Origin: the human T2T-CHM13v2.0 reference genome, Homo sapiens
Direction: 5' to 3' (one strand)
Assembly (NCBI RefSeq): GCF_009914755.1
Contig: NC_060927.1
DNA: 64,000 nucleotides
In this document: in pieces, positions 27,403 through 37,300 of the stretch
How positions within the stretch are numbered: position 1 is the stretch's first letter
How the letters are laid out: the number at the start of each line of letters is the position of its first letter
Position numbers and translations under genes: made by a program
Notes under the pieces: generated by a model
Told to the model about the DNA's origin: nothing
The model's database searches: none
The model's input: the letters and a program-made list of their open reading frames with translations, nothing else

Positions 27403-28183
27403 TGTGTCCAGAATTTATTCCTTCTGGTGGGTTCTTGGTCTCACTGACTTCAAGAATGAAGCCGCGGACCCTCGCAGTGAGCGTTACAGTTCTTAAAGAT
27501 GGTGTGTCCGGAGTCTGTTCCTTCAGATGTTCAGATGCGTCTGGAGTTTCTTCCTTCCAGTGGGTTTGTGGTCTCGCTGACTTCAGGAGTGAAGCTGCAG
27601 ACGTTCACAGTGAGTGTTACAGCTCTTAAAGGTGGTGCGTCCCGAGTTGTTTGTTCCTCCAGGTGGGTTTGTGGTCTCGCTGACTTCAGGAGTGAAGCCG
27701 CAGACCTCTGCAGTGAGTGTTACAGCTCGTAAAGGTAGTGCGGAGCCAAAGAGTGAGCAGCAGCAAGATTTATTGTGAAGAGCAAAAGAACAAAGCTTCC
27801 ACAACGTCGAAGGGGACCCAAGCAGATTGCCACTGCTGGCTTGGGTGGCCAGCTTTTATTCCCTTATTTGACCCCGCCTACATCCTACTGATTGGTCCAT
27901 TTTTACAGAATGCTGATTGGTCCATTTTACAGAGTGCTGATTGGTCTGTTTTTACAGAGTGCTGATTGGTGCGTTTACAAACCTTTAGCTAGACACAGAG
28001 CGCTGATTGGTGCATTTTTACAGAGTGCTGATTGGTGTGTTTATAAACCATTAGCTAGACACAGAGTGCTGATTGGTGCATTTTTACAGAGTGCTGATTG
28101 GTGCATTTACAAACCTTTAGCTAGACAGAAAAGTTCTCCAATTCCCCACTCGACTCAGGAAGTCCAGCTGGCCTCACCTCTCA
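27403..28183 (-). promoter_or_regulatory. 3' LTR (LTR12 family)
   Basis: Minus strand reads TGAGAGGTGAGGCCAGCTGGAC...ATTCTGGACACA. Eight CCAAT boxes at ~27889-28101, AATAAAA TATA-like box at 27854-27860, polyA signal at ~27769-27774, tandem U5 repeats. Confidence 0.93.
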
Positions 28184-28195
28184 ATCCCCCCTCTA
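28184..28195 (-). other. Polypurine tract of the provirus
   Basis: Minus strand AGAGGGGGGAT abuts the TG of the 3' LTR. Confidence 0.85.
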
Positions 28196-28249
28196 AACAG
28201 GACACCCCAACTACTGTTTGGAATTGGGTGATGACCACTCTAGCTACTT

Positions 28250-29065
28250 CCTGCTGGTTAAGGGTGAAGAAGAGGACCTGCAGTTGTAGTGTCCTCCAGA
28301 GGGGAGCTCTTTAGGCCAGTGAAAGGGCCAGAGGGTCAGTCCAGGAGTCTTTGGTAGAAGTTGTTAATTGAGCTCATTTGGGGTTCCATTTGTAAGACCA
28401 TCTATAGCTTGATGGCCTGGATTCTAGAGGAAACAAATTTGACAAGGAGTTTAAAAATACAGGGCTCAAAGGTGAGTAATAGCAAGACGGCTGCCATGGG
28501 ACCTAGAAAGGGGAGAAGCCATGTCACCCAACCCCAGAGGTTGGTATAAGAGTTTGAAAGGTGTTGTCTGATTTCAGAAGCCTTTTCCTGTAAATGCCGG
28601 GCAGCATCTCATACTATCCCTGACTGGTTAGTGTAAAAACAACACTCTTCCCCTAAGAAGGTGCAGAGTCCTCCTTTCTCAACAGTGAGGAGGCCTAGGC
28701 CTCGGCAGTTTTGGAGAGTCACTGCTGCCAAAGAGTCTATTTGGGATTATAGAGTGAGGATAGATTTCGTTATTTCTTGCAAACTGTCTGAGAAATCCTT
28801 TGAGAGTGTCTGGTAGTAGGATAATGAAGTAGATAATCTAGTTATTCCGGTTCCTGTAGCAGTAGTCATTCCTAACCCTATAAGTAGTAGTATTAGTTGT
28901 ATGGCTCTGTGCTGACAGACTTGAGCTTTGAGGGGTACTGATAAGGTCTGATTTCCTGGGGCAATGTTAATGTTGGGACTTAGTTAGTGGGAAGGCAGAT
29001 ATAGGTTGAAGTTCCACATAAGAAGAATATGCCTTAGCTGGGTAGACAGAAATTTACCTTGGCTT
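28250..29065 (-). pseudogene. env: ERV9 env remnant (SU C-terminus and TM)
   Basis: Manual translation gives fusion peptide AIQLILLLIGLGMTTATGTGI, immunosuppressive domain [17 protein letters not shown] (28666-28716), CX6[11 protein letters not shown] and TM WLLPFLGP. Several in-frame stops. Confidence 0.9.
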
Positions 29066-29089
29066 TTAAAGGAATAGGGTACACTGTTT

Positions 29090-29345
29090 TTTCTTTACTG
29101 CTTCTCTTTCTCTCTTTCTTTCTCTTTGACTTCTTCTTTGTCTCTTTCTGACTCCCTCTTTGTCTGTCTCTTCCTCTCTCTCTTTGACTTTCTGTCTCTC
29201 TCTTTCTCTCTCTGCCTGACTCCCTCTTTGTCTATGTCTCTTCCTCTCTCTCTCTGACTCCTTCTTTGTCTCTGTCTCTTCCTCTCTCTCTCTCTCTCTG
29301 ACTTTCTGTCTCTTTCTCTCTTTCCTTTCTGCTAGTCTTTTCCTG
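29090..29345. repeat. (CT)/(GA)-rich minisatellite-like tract inside the provirus
   Basis: Unit TGACTCC(C/T)TCTTTGTCT..GTCTCTTCCTCTCTCTCT repeated about three times, plus CT runs. Confidence 0.85.
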
Positions 29346-29349
29346 CCTC

Positions 29350-30252
29350 TGCCAGCCACGTATGCTGCTGTTCTCCGCTCTCCTTCCCCTTTTTGATGGC
29401 TTTGGCAGTGTAAGACCTCCTTGGGTTTTTGCACTGCAGGCAATAACTCCATGATTTCCTTCTGGTATTTAATGGGAGTTCCCCCAGAGGTTAGGAACTC
29501 CCTTTCTTTCCATATTGCAGCATGGGCATGTAGGATTAGATAAGCATACTTGCTATCTGTATACACATTTATTCTTCCCTTTCCCAGTTCTAAGGCTCGG
29601 GTAAGTGCCACTAGTTCTGCTAGCTGGGTGCTTGTCCCTGGGGGAAAAGGCTTACTTTCAAGTACTGTTACATCACTAACTATGGCATAACTTGCCCTTC
29701 GCATCCCACTCTCCACAAACGAACCTCCATTTGGCATATAGGTTAAGGTCAGGATTAGCCAAGGGGACTTCCAAGAGATCATCTCCGGTGGCATAAGTCT
29801 GGACTACAACCTGTTGGCAGCCATGCTCAACCAGCTCCCCACCCTCTGGGAGAGAAGCGGCAGGGCCAAGGGCCACACATGTATGCACTTGAAGCACTGG
29901 TCTCTCAAGGAGTAGTGCCTGGTATCTAAGCAGGTGGCTGCCTGATAGCCATAAACGTCCTTTGGCACCTAGTATGCCATTTACATCATGAGTAGTCCAG
30001 ACAGTGAGATCCTTTCCTTGTATTATTTTGATAGCCTCTGACACTAAGACAGCCAACACCACAACTACACATAAACAGTGAGGCAGCCTTTTGCTACTAT
30101 ATCAATTTCCTTACTTAGGTATGTCACTGGTTGTGGGGTTGTCTCATGAGTCTGAGTAAGGACTCCAAGAGCTATTCCTGCTCTCTCTCTGTGACGTATA
30201 ATGAAAAGTTTCATCCTATGGGAAGGCTTAAGGATGGAGCTTGAGTTTGCTC
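29350..30252 (-). pseudogene. pol: ERV9 pol remnant (connection domain and RNase H only)
   Basis: QAPSLSLP, GIALGVLTQ, PVTYLSKEID, LLRYQALLLE, QLAELVALTRALELG, NVYTDSKYAYLILHAHAAIWKER. Frameshifted; no RT YxDD motif or integrase seen. Confidence 0.9.
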
Positions 30253-30269
30253 CTTCCAATGCCCAGACT

Positions 30270-30659
30270 TCAGGGTTTTGATTCCCTCCTCAAGCAGGGG
30301 ACAACAAGTGGGTAACTTGTTCCCCATATTCATGTAGATAATAGCTCCAGCTTTGGCTAATATATCCCTCCCTAATAAGGGTATGGGATTTTCAGGCATA
30401 ACAAGAAGGGCATGTGAAAAGAGCAAAGTCTCCCAATTACAACTGAGGAGGTGGGAGAAATACCTGGCTACAGGCTGTCCCAGGATTCCTCAGATGGTAA
30501 TGGACCTTGAGGACAGCTGTCCAGGATAGGACAGGAGATTAACACTGAGCAACCTGTGCCAGTGTCCAGGACGAAGTCAATTTCCTGGCCCTCAATGGTT
30601 ATACATACCTGGGGCTCAGTGAGAGTGATGACGTGAGCTGGCACTTTCCCCGGGCACCC
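30270..30659 (-). pseudogene. pro: ERV9 protease remnant
   Basis: Follows the gag TGA in frame: ITIEGQEIDFVLDTG (DTG at 30558-30566), then PIPLLGRDILAK after a frameshift. Confidence 0.85.
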
Positions 30660-32085
30660 TCAGTCCTGTTGATGGATCATCTGGTTGGGGGCTTCTGGCC
30701 CAGAGAACCTTTGTCCTTGGGGGCAGTGTGCCTTCCAGTGATTGCCTCGGCATAGTGGACATGGGTGAGGGGGCAGCTTGTTTCTCATAGGACAGTCTTT
30801 TTTAAAGTGCCCTTTTAAACCACACTGATAACAAGCCCTACCAGGGGATTGGCCTGCTCCATTTTCTGTCCTCTCTGAACCACCAAGGTTTGTTTGTCTT
30901 AGGGCCATGACTAAGGCTGCGGCCTTTCTCTGATCTTGCTTTTCCTTTTGGGTCTGTTCCTCTTGGTCCCTATTATAGAACACTGAAGTTGCCAGGTTTA
31001 ATAATGCCTCTAGATTTTGTTCAGGGCCCAGGGCTTGCTTTTGGAACTTTCTTCTGATCTCTATGGCTAATTGGGTAATAAACTTATATTTTAGGATCAA
31101 TTGAACCTCTAGTCAGTCAGGTGACAGGGGAGTATATTTTCTTAAGGCCTCCTGTAGCCACTTGAGGAAGGCAGAAGGATTTTCTTCCTTTCCCTGAGTT
31201 ATGGTGGACATTATTGAATAATTCATGGGCTTTTTCCTAATTCTCCTTAGTCCTTCTAGAACACAGGTCAACAGATGTTTACGACTCCAGTCCCCATGAT
31301 CTGAGTTGAGGTCCCAGTGGGGATACATACTGGGGACGGCTTGCTGACTGGTAGGGAATTTGTCCCTTTCTTCAGCTATCATTTACTTGACTAAGATACC
31401 AGGTATCTCCAAACTCTCGGGCTGCAACTAAAGCCGCATTCTTTTCATTAAAGGCCAGGGTTTGATCTAACAATAGCATGACATCTCTCCAAGTGAGGTC
31501 AAAGGTTTGCCTGTGACCCTGTAGGACATCTACATACCTATCAGGATCATCTGAAAACTTCCTCAGGTCTGCCTTGATCTGCTTTAAATCAGAGAAGGAG
31601 AAAGGGACATGTACCCGGGTTGGACCAAATTCCCCTCCCCCTACAGCTTGAAGTGGACATAACTGATAGCACAGGGGTTTCTGTGGTCCTTTGGAGATTT
31701 CTTTGCTTGTTTCCTTCTGCGCAGGGGAGATTAGAGGAGGTTTATCATTAATAGGAAGGGTAAGCTGAGCGTTCCTCCTGTGGAATGTAAATTGCAAGCT
31801 TTGCATAGTTGTGGATTCTCCTTCAGTGAAAAGAAAGCTTGGACATAAGGTATTTCACTCCATTTGCCTTCCCTCTTATAGAAAAGTTCAAGCTGCAGGA
31901 TAGTATTGTAATTTATATTTCCCTCAGGTGGCCATTTTCTCCCCATCAGAGAGAGAATACTGGGGCCAGGCTGTAGTGCAGAAAAAAATGAGCCGCCTCT
32001 TTTTCAGGGTTTGCAGGTCAAATTGGTCCCAATGGCTTAGGATGCATTTCAAGAATGAGCCTGTTGACGCCTGAGTGTTTCCCAT
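30660..32085 (-). pseudogene. gag: ERV9 gag remnant
   Basis: MGNTQAS start at 32085, KWPPEGNINYNTILQL, VHVPFSFSDLKQIK, MHR-like ITQGKEENPSAFL, zinc knuckles CYQCGLKGHFKKDC and CPLCRGNHWKAHC. Broken by frameshifts and stops. Confidence 0.92.
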
Positions 32086-32132
32086 CTGAAAGACAACACT
32101 GCCCACGGTTTTGGTTTGTTTGTTTCTCCCCC

Positions 32133-32288
32133 TGCCCAAGAACCTGCAACTGTCCCTGGACCCTGCTGATTGGAATAGTTGCGCTCACCAACGCAGCAGC
32201 AGAAACACCTCTTGCCCCAGAACCCACAATGGTCCCTGGATCCTGCTGATAGGAATAGTTGTGCTCACCGACACAGCAGCAGAAACAC
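32133..32288. repeat. ~80-bp tandem duplication in the ERV9 leader
   Basis: GTCCCTGGA(C/T)CCTGCTGAT(T/A)GGAATAGTTG(C/T)GCTCACC..GCAGCAGAAACAC occurs twice with an 80-nt period. Confidence 0.85.
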
Positions 32289-33210
32289 TAGCTTTCCTCT
32301 TAGACCACAAGGAGGACCAAGGAAGTTTGGATTTAGTGGCCCTTACTGACGCAGTCTCGAAAACCTGAGTACTAAGCATTTTCCTGTTAGTATTGGGACC
32401 TTACCCCTGTCACATAAAGATGTTATGCCCCAAAATTGAAGTAGAGGGCCATACCCTGAGGGATGGAAGGGATCTCCAGGGTTGGAAGAGTGATGCCTTT
32501 TGTCCTCACTTATATGAATAGGAAAGATACCATTTCTGAAGCGCCCCATATCCTAGCTTCAGGAATAGCTTTTGTTAGGCCTGCTAGTCTGAGGAGGAAT
32601 CCTAAAATTCCAGATAGTCCCCCACCCCAATGGGGCTTTGGGCAAAAATTATGTCTTTCCTATTGGTGAACCCGGGTGCCTAAAGAAGGTAATGGAGTCC
32701 TGAAGTTTATACTAGAAGTCATTCTTACAGGAGAAACTAGAAAAGCACCAGAGACAGGGAGTGGTTTTTAGAAGTGGGACTAACCTCAGAGAAGAGAGTT
32801 GGGAGGAAGTTTGTCCGACAGGTGTTAGGACCCATGAGGCACGGGTCAGGATAGATAGGATAGATGGGCGAGTCTGGCTTGGGCGACATGACTTTGAGAG
32901 TTCCACTCATGGCCACAGGGTCAACCAACTTGTTGCCGGGACCCCGGAGCTGAATGGATTTCCTCTCTGTCAACCCTCAGCTCAGCCCAGAAGTACATGA
33001 AAAGTGGAAGCTGGTTCCACATGAACCAATGCTGCCAACTCCGAAGAATTGGGGGTTGTTAGAGAGCCCTTTCCCAGAAAGCCTGACATTCGTGTCTGTA
33101 GTCTGGTGGCTGCGCTAGTCACTTTTAACTGTCCAACAGGTGCTCAGTATTTAGCCCCCAAATTCCAAGGAAAAATAGGACAGAATAGCAAGTGAAAGGG
33201 GTCTGATGGT

Positions 33211-33219
33211 ACTCACCAC
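33211..33219 (-). promoter_or_regulatory. Proviral major splice donor
   Basis: Minus strand GTG|GTGAGT just downstream of the PBS. Confidence 0.65.
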
Positions 33220-33228
33220 TTGGTGATA

Positions 33229-33246
33229 GTCCCATCTGTGTCGCCA
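33229..33246 (-). other. Primer binding site, tRNA-Arg
   Basis: Plus strand GTCCCATCTGTGTCGCCA is 17/18 identical to the 3' end of tRNA-Arg-CCG as I recall it (GTCCCATCTGGGTCGCCA). It lies 2 nt from the LTR end. ERV9 uses tRNA-Arg. Confidence 0.85.
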
Positions 33247-33248
33247 AA

Positions 33249-34029
33249 TGTGTCTGGAATTTATTCCTTCTGGTGGGTTCTTGGTCTCTCTGACTTCAAG
33301 AAAGAAGCCGCGGACCCTCGCGGTGAGTGTCACAGTTCTTAAAGATGTTGTGTCTGGAGTTTGTTCCTTCAGATGTTCAGATGTGTCTGGAGTTTCTTCC
33401 TTCCAGTGGGTTCGTGGTCTCACTGACTTCAGCAGTGAAGCCGCAGACCTTCGCAGTGAGTGTTACAGTTCTTAAAGGTGGTGTGTCTGGAGTTGTTTGT
33501 TCCTCCGGGTGCGTTTGTGGTCTCACTGACTTCAGGAGTGAAGCTGCAGACTTCTGCAGTGAGTGTTAACAGCTCATAAAGGTAGTGTGGACCCAAAGAG
33601 TGAGCAGCAGTAAGATTTATTGTGAAGAGCAAAAGAACAAAGCTTCCACAGTGTGGAAGGGGACCTGAGCGAGTTGCTGCTGCTGGCTCAGGGGGCCAAC
33701 TTTTAATCCCTTATTTGGCCCCACCCACATCCTGCTGATTGGTCCATTTCACAGAGTGCTGATTGGTCCATTTTACAGAGTGCTGATTGGTCCATTTTTA
33801 CAGAGTGCTGTTTGGTGCATTTACAAACCTTTAGCTAGACACAGAGCACTGATTGGTGCATTTTTACAGAGTGCTGATTGGTGCATTTACAAACCTTTAG
33901 CCAAACACAGAGTGCTGATTGGTGTGTTTTTACAGAGTGCTGATTGGTGCATTTACAAACCTTTAGCTAGACAGAAAAGTTCTCCAAGTCCCCACTCGAC
34001 CCAGGAAGTCCAGCTGGGTTCACCTCTCA
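33249..34029 (-). promoter_or_regulatory. 5' LTR (LTR12 family)
   Basis: 781-bp direct repeat of 27403-28183. Seven intact CCAAT boxes; TATA-like box reads ATTAAAA at 33701-33707. Confidence 0.93.
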
Positions 34030-35447
34030 CTTTTATCACTATATATAAGGTATCTATGAGACACCTGGTTAATTCTGCTAGAGAACAGTAAGGACAAATA
34101 CTAAGCAAAGGATCAAGTCAAGCTTCTGTAAATGCACAGGGTGTACGGTGAAAGAGCCAAATATTTGGTGTCCAGTGGAATGACCCAATATGAAATAATA
34201 AAGGTTGTTTCTTAAAAGAAAATAAGAAGATAGGGAGAAAAAATATAACAAATCTGATGTCATTCAGCAGAAAAAGTCAATTGATTACTGCTTACCTATA
34301 ATTTACATTTTGGAGTTTACACAAACTTATTAATTACTCCATCCAAAATATTGATTGGCTCCTTAGCAAAGCTAAACAAATATACACCTTTCATGTTAGC
34401 AATTACAGTTCATCTTTTTATATTGTATCATTGTGGATTATAAACAATGGTGGAATTAGAAAGGTGTTTGCAACTCCATTCCATACTTTCTCCTCAAAAT
34501 TTTTGTTACATAGACCATTTTATAGCCTTGAATTTCTAATAACAGTTTAAACTTTATTAGCAAGGCACCTAATTTAACTGGCAGCGATAGAAGGAAAAAA
34601 AATCTTTCACTGTTTTCAGTGATCTTAAATTAGCCTTAATCTTTGCCAAACAATGATTTATATGTTTTCTTAAATATAAGCACTAGAAAGGTTCATGTTG
34701 GTTTGTTATGCTTTTAGAAAATAAACATCTTATCAACTTGATTCAACAACCAGAATCGTAATTCATTACACATAGGCTAGCACAACACTATTCTGAGCAT
34801 TCAAATTTATTACATAGGAGGAATCACTATATCTTGTTATGGTATTATCCAGGACAACTAAACCTAACAAATTTCTGAAGTGTTTCAAATCCAGAAAGTA
34901 GATAATAAAATATAGAATTTTATATTATACTTTAAAATATTCACTCTAGAAAGGAAGAATTATTTTTTAAGATATGCCTTATCTACCATATTTTTGAATA
35001 TAAATTAGCTTCAAAATTTTGCCAGCTCTTACACACATATCATAAACTAAAAATAGAAGTTAGTAAGTCTTGAAAGCTAACATGCCTATGAGCAACAAAA
35101 TTCTACAGTGGTTTTTCAATAAGTTAAGCAACTAAAAAAACAATGGCACACTTTTGCCATTCATTTTGAAAATACAATATTTCAAACATCTCTTTAGTGT
35201 TGATTGAACTGATGGCAGAATCTCCACAATAATACAGGTTTTCTTTAGTTCATAATGGCATTCGCTAGGCAAAACAAGGCCCATCAATTGCAATTGAGGT
35301 GGCCTCGCATTCCCAAATGTGTATAGTGGAGATGCCAGACTGCTCTTAGACTATAAAAGTGTATTTTTAAATTTTACTTGTTTTATTTTGGAGTGGAGTT
35401 ACACAAAACATTAATTGCTAAAAAAAAAAAAAAAAAAAAAAAAGTAG

Positions 35448-37300
35448 TGATAGGGACAGGAGGCAGGGGAATTCTGGGCAGAAGAGGGTGGGTCCCCAGT
35501 GAGGGTCCCACCCTCAAGCCAAAAAGCCTAATAGTGCAGCCCGAAGTAAGAACCTTACATCCCTGTTTTCCTGCTCCAATGTTGCCTTTTTCAAAACCAC
35601 CCATGGCCTGCCCTGACACCATCTTGTGCCCATAAACAAATGGGATCTAATTAAACTAAAGAGCTTCTGCACAGCAAAAGAAACTATCATCAGAGTTAAC
35701 AGGCAACCTACAGAATGGGAGAATATTTTTGCAATCTATCCATCTGACCAAGGGCTAATATCCAGAATCTACAAGGAACTTAAACAAATTTACAAGAAGA
35801 AAACGACCCCATCAAAAAGTGGATGAAGGGTATGAACAGACACTTCTCAAGAGAACACATTTATACCATCAACAAACATGAAAAAGAGCTCATCATCACT
35901 GGTCATTAGAGAAATGGAAATCAAACCACAATGAGATACCATCTCATGCCAGTTAGAATGGCAATCATTATAAAGTCAGGACAAAAGAGATGCTGTTGGA
36001 GAGGATGTGGAGAAACAGGAATGCTTTTACACTGTTGGTGGGAGTGTTAATTAGTTCAACCATTATAGAAGACAGTGTGTCAATTCTTCAAGGATCTAGA
36101 ACCAGATATACCATTTGACCCAGCAATCCCATTACTGGGTATATACCCAAAGGATTGTAAATCATTCTACTGTAAAGACACACACACACATATATTTATT
36201 GCAGCACTATTTACAATAGTAAAGACTTGGAACCAATCCAAATGCCCATCAATGATAGACTGGATAAAGAAAATATGGCACATATACACCATGGAATACT
36301 ATGCAGCTATAAAAAAGGATGAGTTCATGTCCTTTGAAGCTGGAAACCATCATTCTCAGCAAACTAACACAGGAAAAAAAACCCAAACACTGCATGTTCT
36401 CACTCATAGGTGGGAGTTGAACAATGAGAACACATGGACACAGGGAGGGGAACATCACACACCAGGGCCTGTCAGGGGTGGGGGGCTAGGGGAGCAATAG
36501 CATTAGGAGAAATACTTAATGTAGATGATGTGTTGATGGGTGCAGCAAACCACCATGGCACGTGTATACCTATGTAACAGACCTGTACATGTATCCCAGA
36601 ACTTAAAATATAATAATAATAATAATAAAGAAAAACAAAACAAATAACAAAAAATACCCCAGGCTCTACCAGCAGAGCTGAAGCAGCTAGGCATCAAAGA
36701 CTACTGCTGGATGTTGGAGAGAAGCTGCTTGACTTCAGAGGGATGGCTTGACGGTGTTGCCAAAGAGGAGTCTGGCCGGAGATGGCTGGACTTGGGGAAG
36801 ATTATCTTCCTGCTCCATTCCCTATTCAACTTCTCTTCCTGCTGAGAGCCATTTTTGTCCACAATAAAATCCCTCACTTTTACCATCTCCAATTTGTTCG
36901 AGCAATCTCATTCCTCCTGGACACTGGACAAGAACTCACATGCAGGTGCAAAAGGCTGTCACACTGACTCTCTACTGAGCTGTTAACACTCAAGCTGTCC
37001 ATGGACAGCAAAGCTAAAAGAGCACTGACTGTAACACTCTTTCTGCGCCTTCAGGGATTGCAGGCACCGCCCTAGAGGCTGCTGCAGGGCCGCACAGAGT
37101 TTTGCTACTGCTGGCACCTGAAAGCACTCACCCTGGCTTCTGCACCTGCTTACCTACGCTCCCCGTCCTGTGAGGAGTGGAACGCAGTGGGACAGAGTGA
37201 GTGGAGTCTGCCCCTGCTGACACCAAAGCGGCCAGCTAGTCCTAGCACCTGTGCATTCCAGTTCCCACCTGCAAAGGGGTCAAGGAAATTTCCTGCTTCA
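35448..37300 (+). mobile_element. ERV1 solo LTR of the MER50/LTR1/LTR28 group, split by an L1
   Basis: TGATAGGGACAGGAGGCAG...AAATTTCCTGCTTCA; perfect TSD GTAG at 35444-35447 and 37301-37304; about 830 bp without the L1. Confidence 0.85.
35636..36654 (+). mobile_element. 5'-truncated L1PA7/8
   Basis: ORF2 end [39 protein letters not shown]; 3'UTR GCATTAGGAGAAATAC..GGTGCAGCAAACCACCATGGCACG; A-rich tail. Confidence 0.92.

Larger units (their letters stand above)
27403..34029 (-). mobile_element. ERV9/HERV9 provirus with LTR12-family LTRs, internally deleted (6627 bp)
   Basis: Two direct-repeat 781-bp LTRs, 4-bp TSD CTTT (27399-27402 and 34030-34033), PBS, PPT and gag-pro-pol-env remnants in order on the minus strand. 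Confidence 0.95.

Noticed and set aside
27885-28125. CRISPR-like regularly spaced repeats (ACAGAGTGCTGATTGG), also at 33735-33975
   Set aside because: These are LTR12 U3 CCAAT enhancer repeats. The spacers are themselves repeated, there are no cas genes, and the DNA is primate.
33229-33246. tRNA gene fragment
   Set aside because: Only the 18-nt retroviral PBS including CCA. No tRNA body is present.
35284-35297. Perfect 14-bp palindrome TCAATTGCAATTGA
   Set aside because: Isolated and AT-rich. A single such palindrome in 64 kb is not surprising.
35420-35443. A24 run as the tail of a processed pseudogene
   Set aside because: No recognisable upstream mRNA-like sequence or TSD. Probably a mononucleotide microsatellite.
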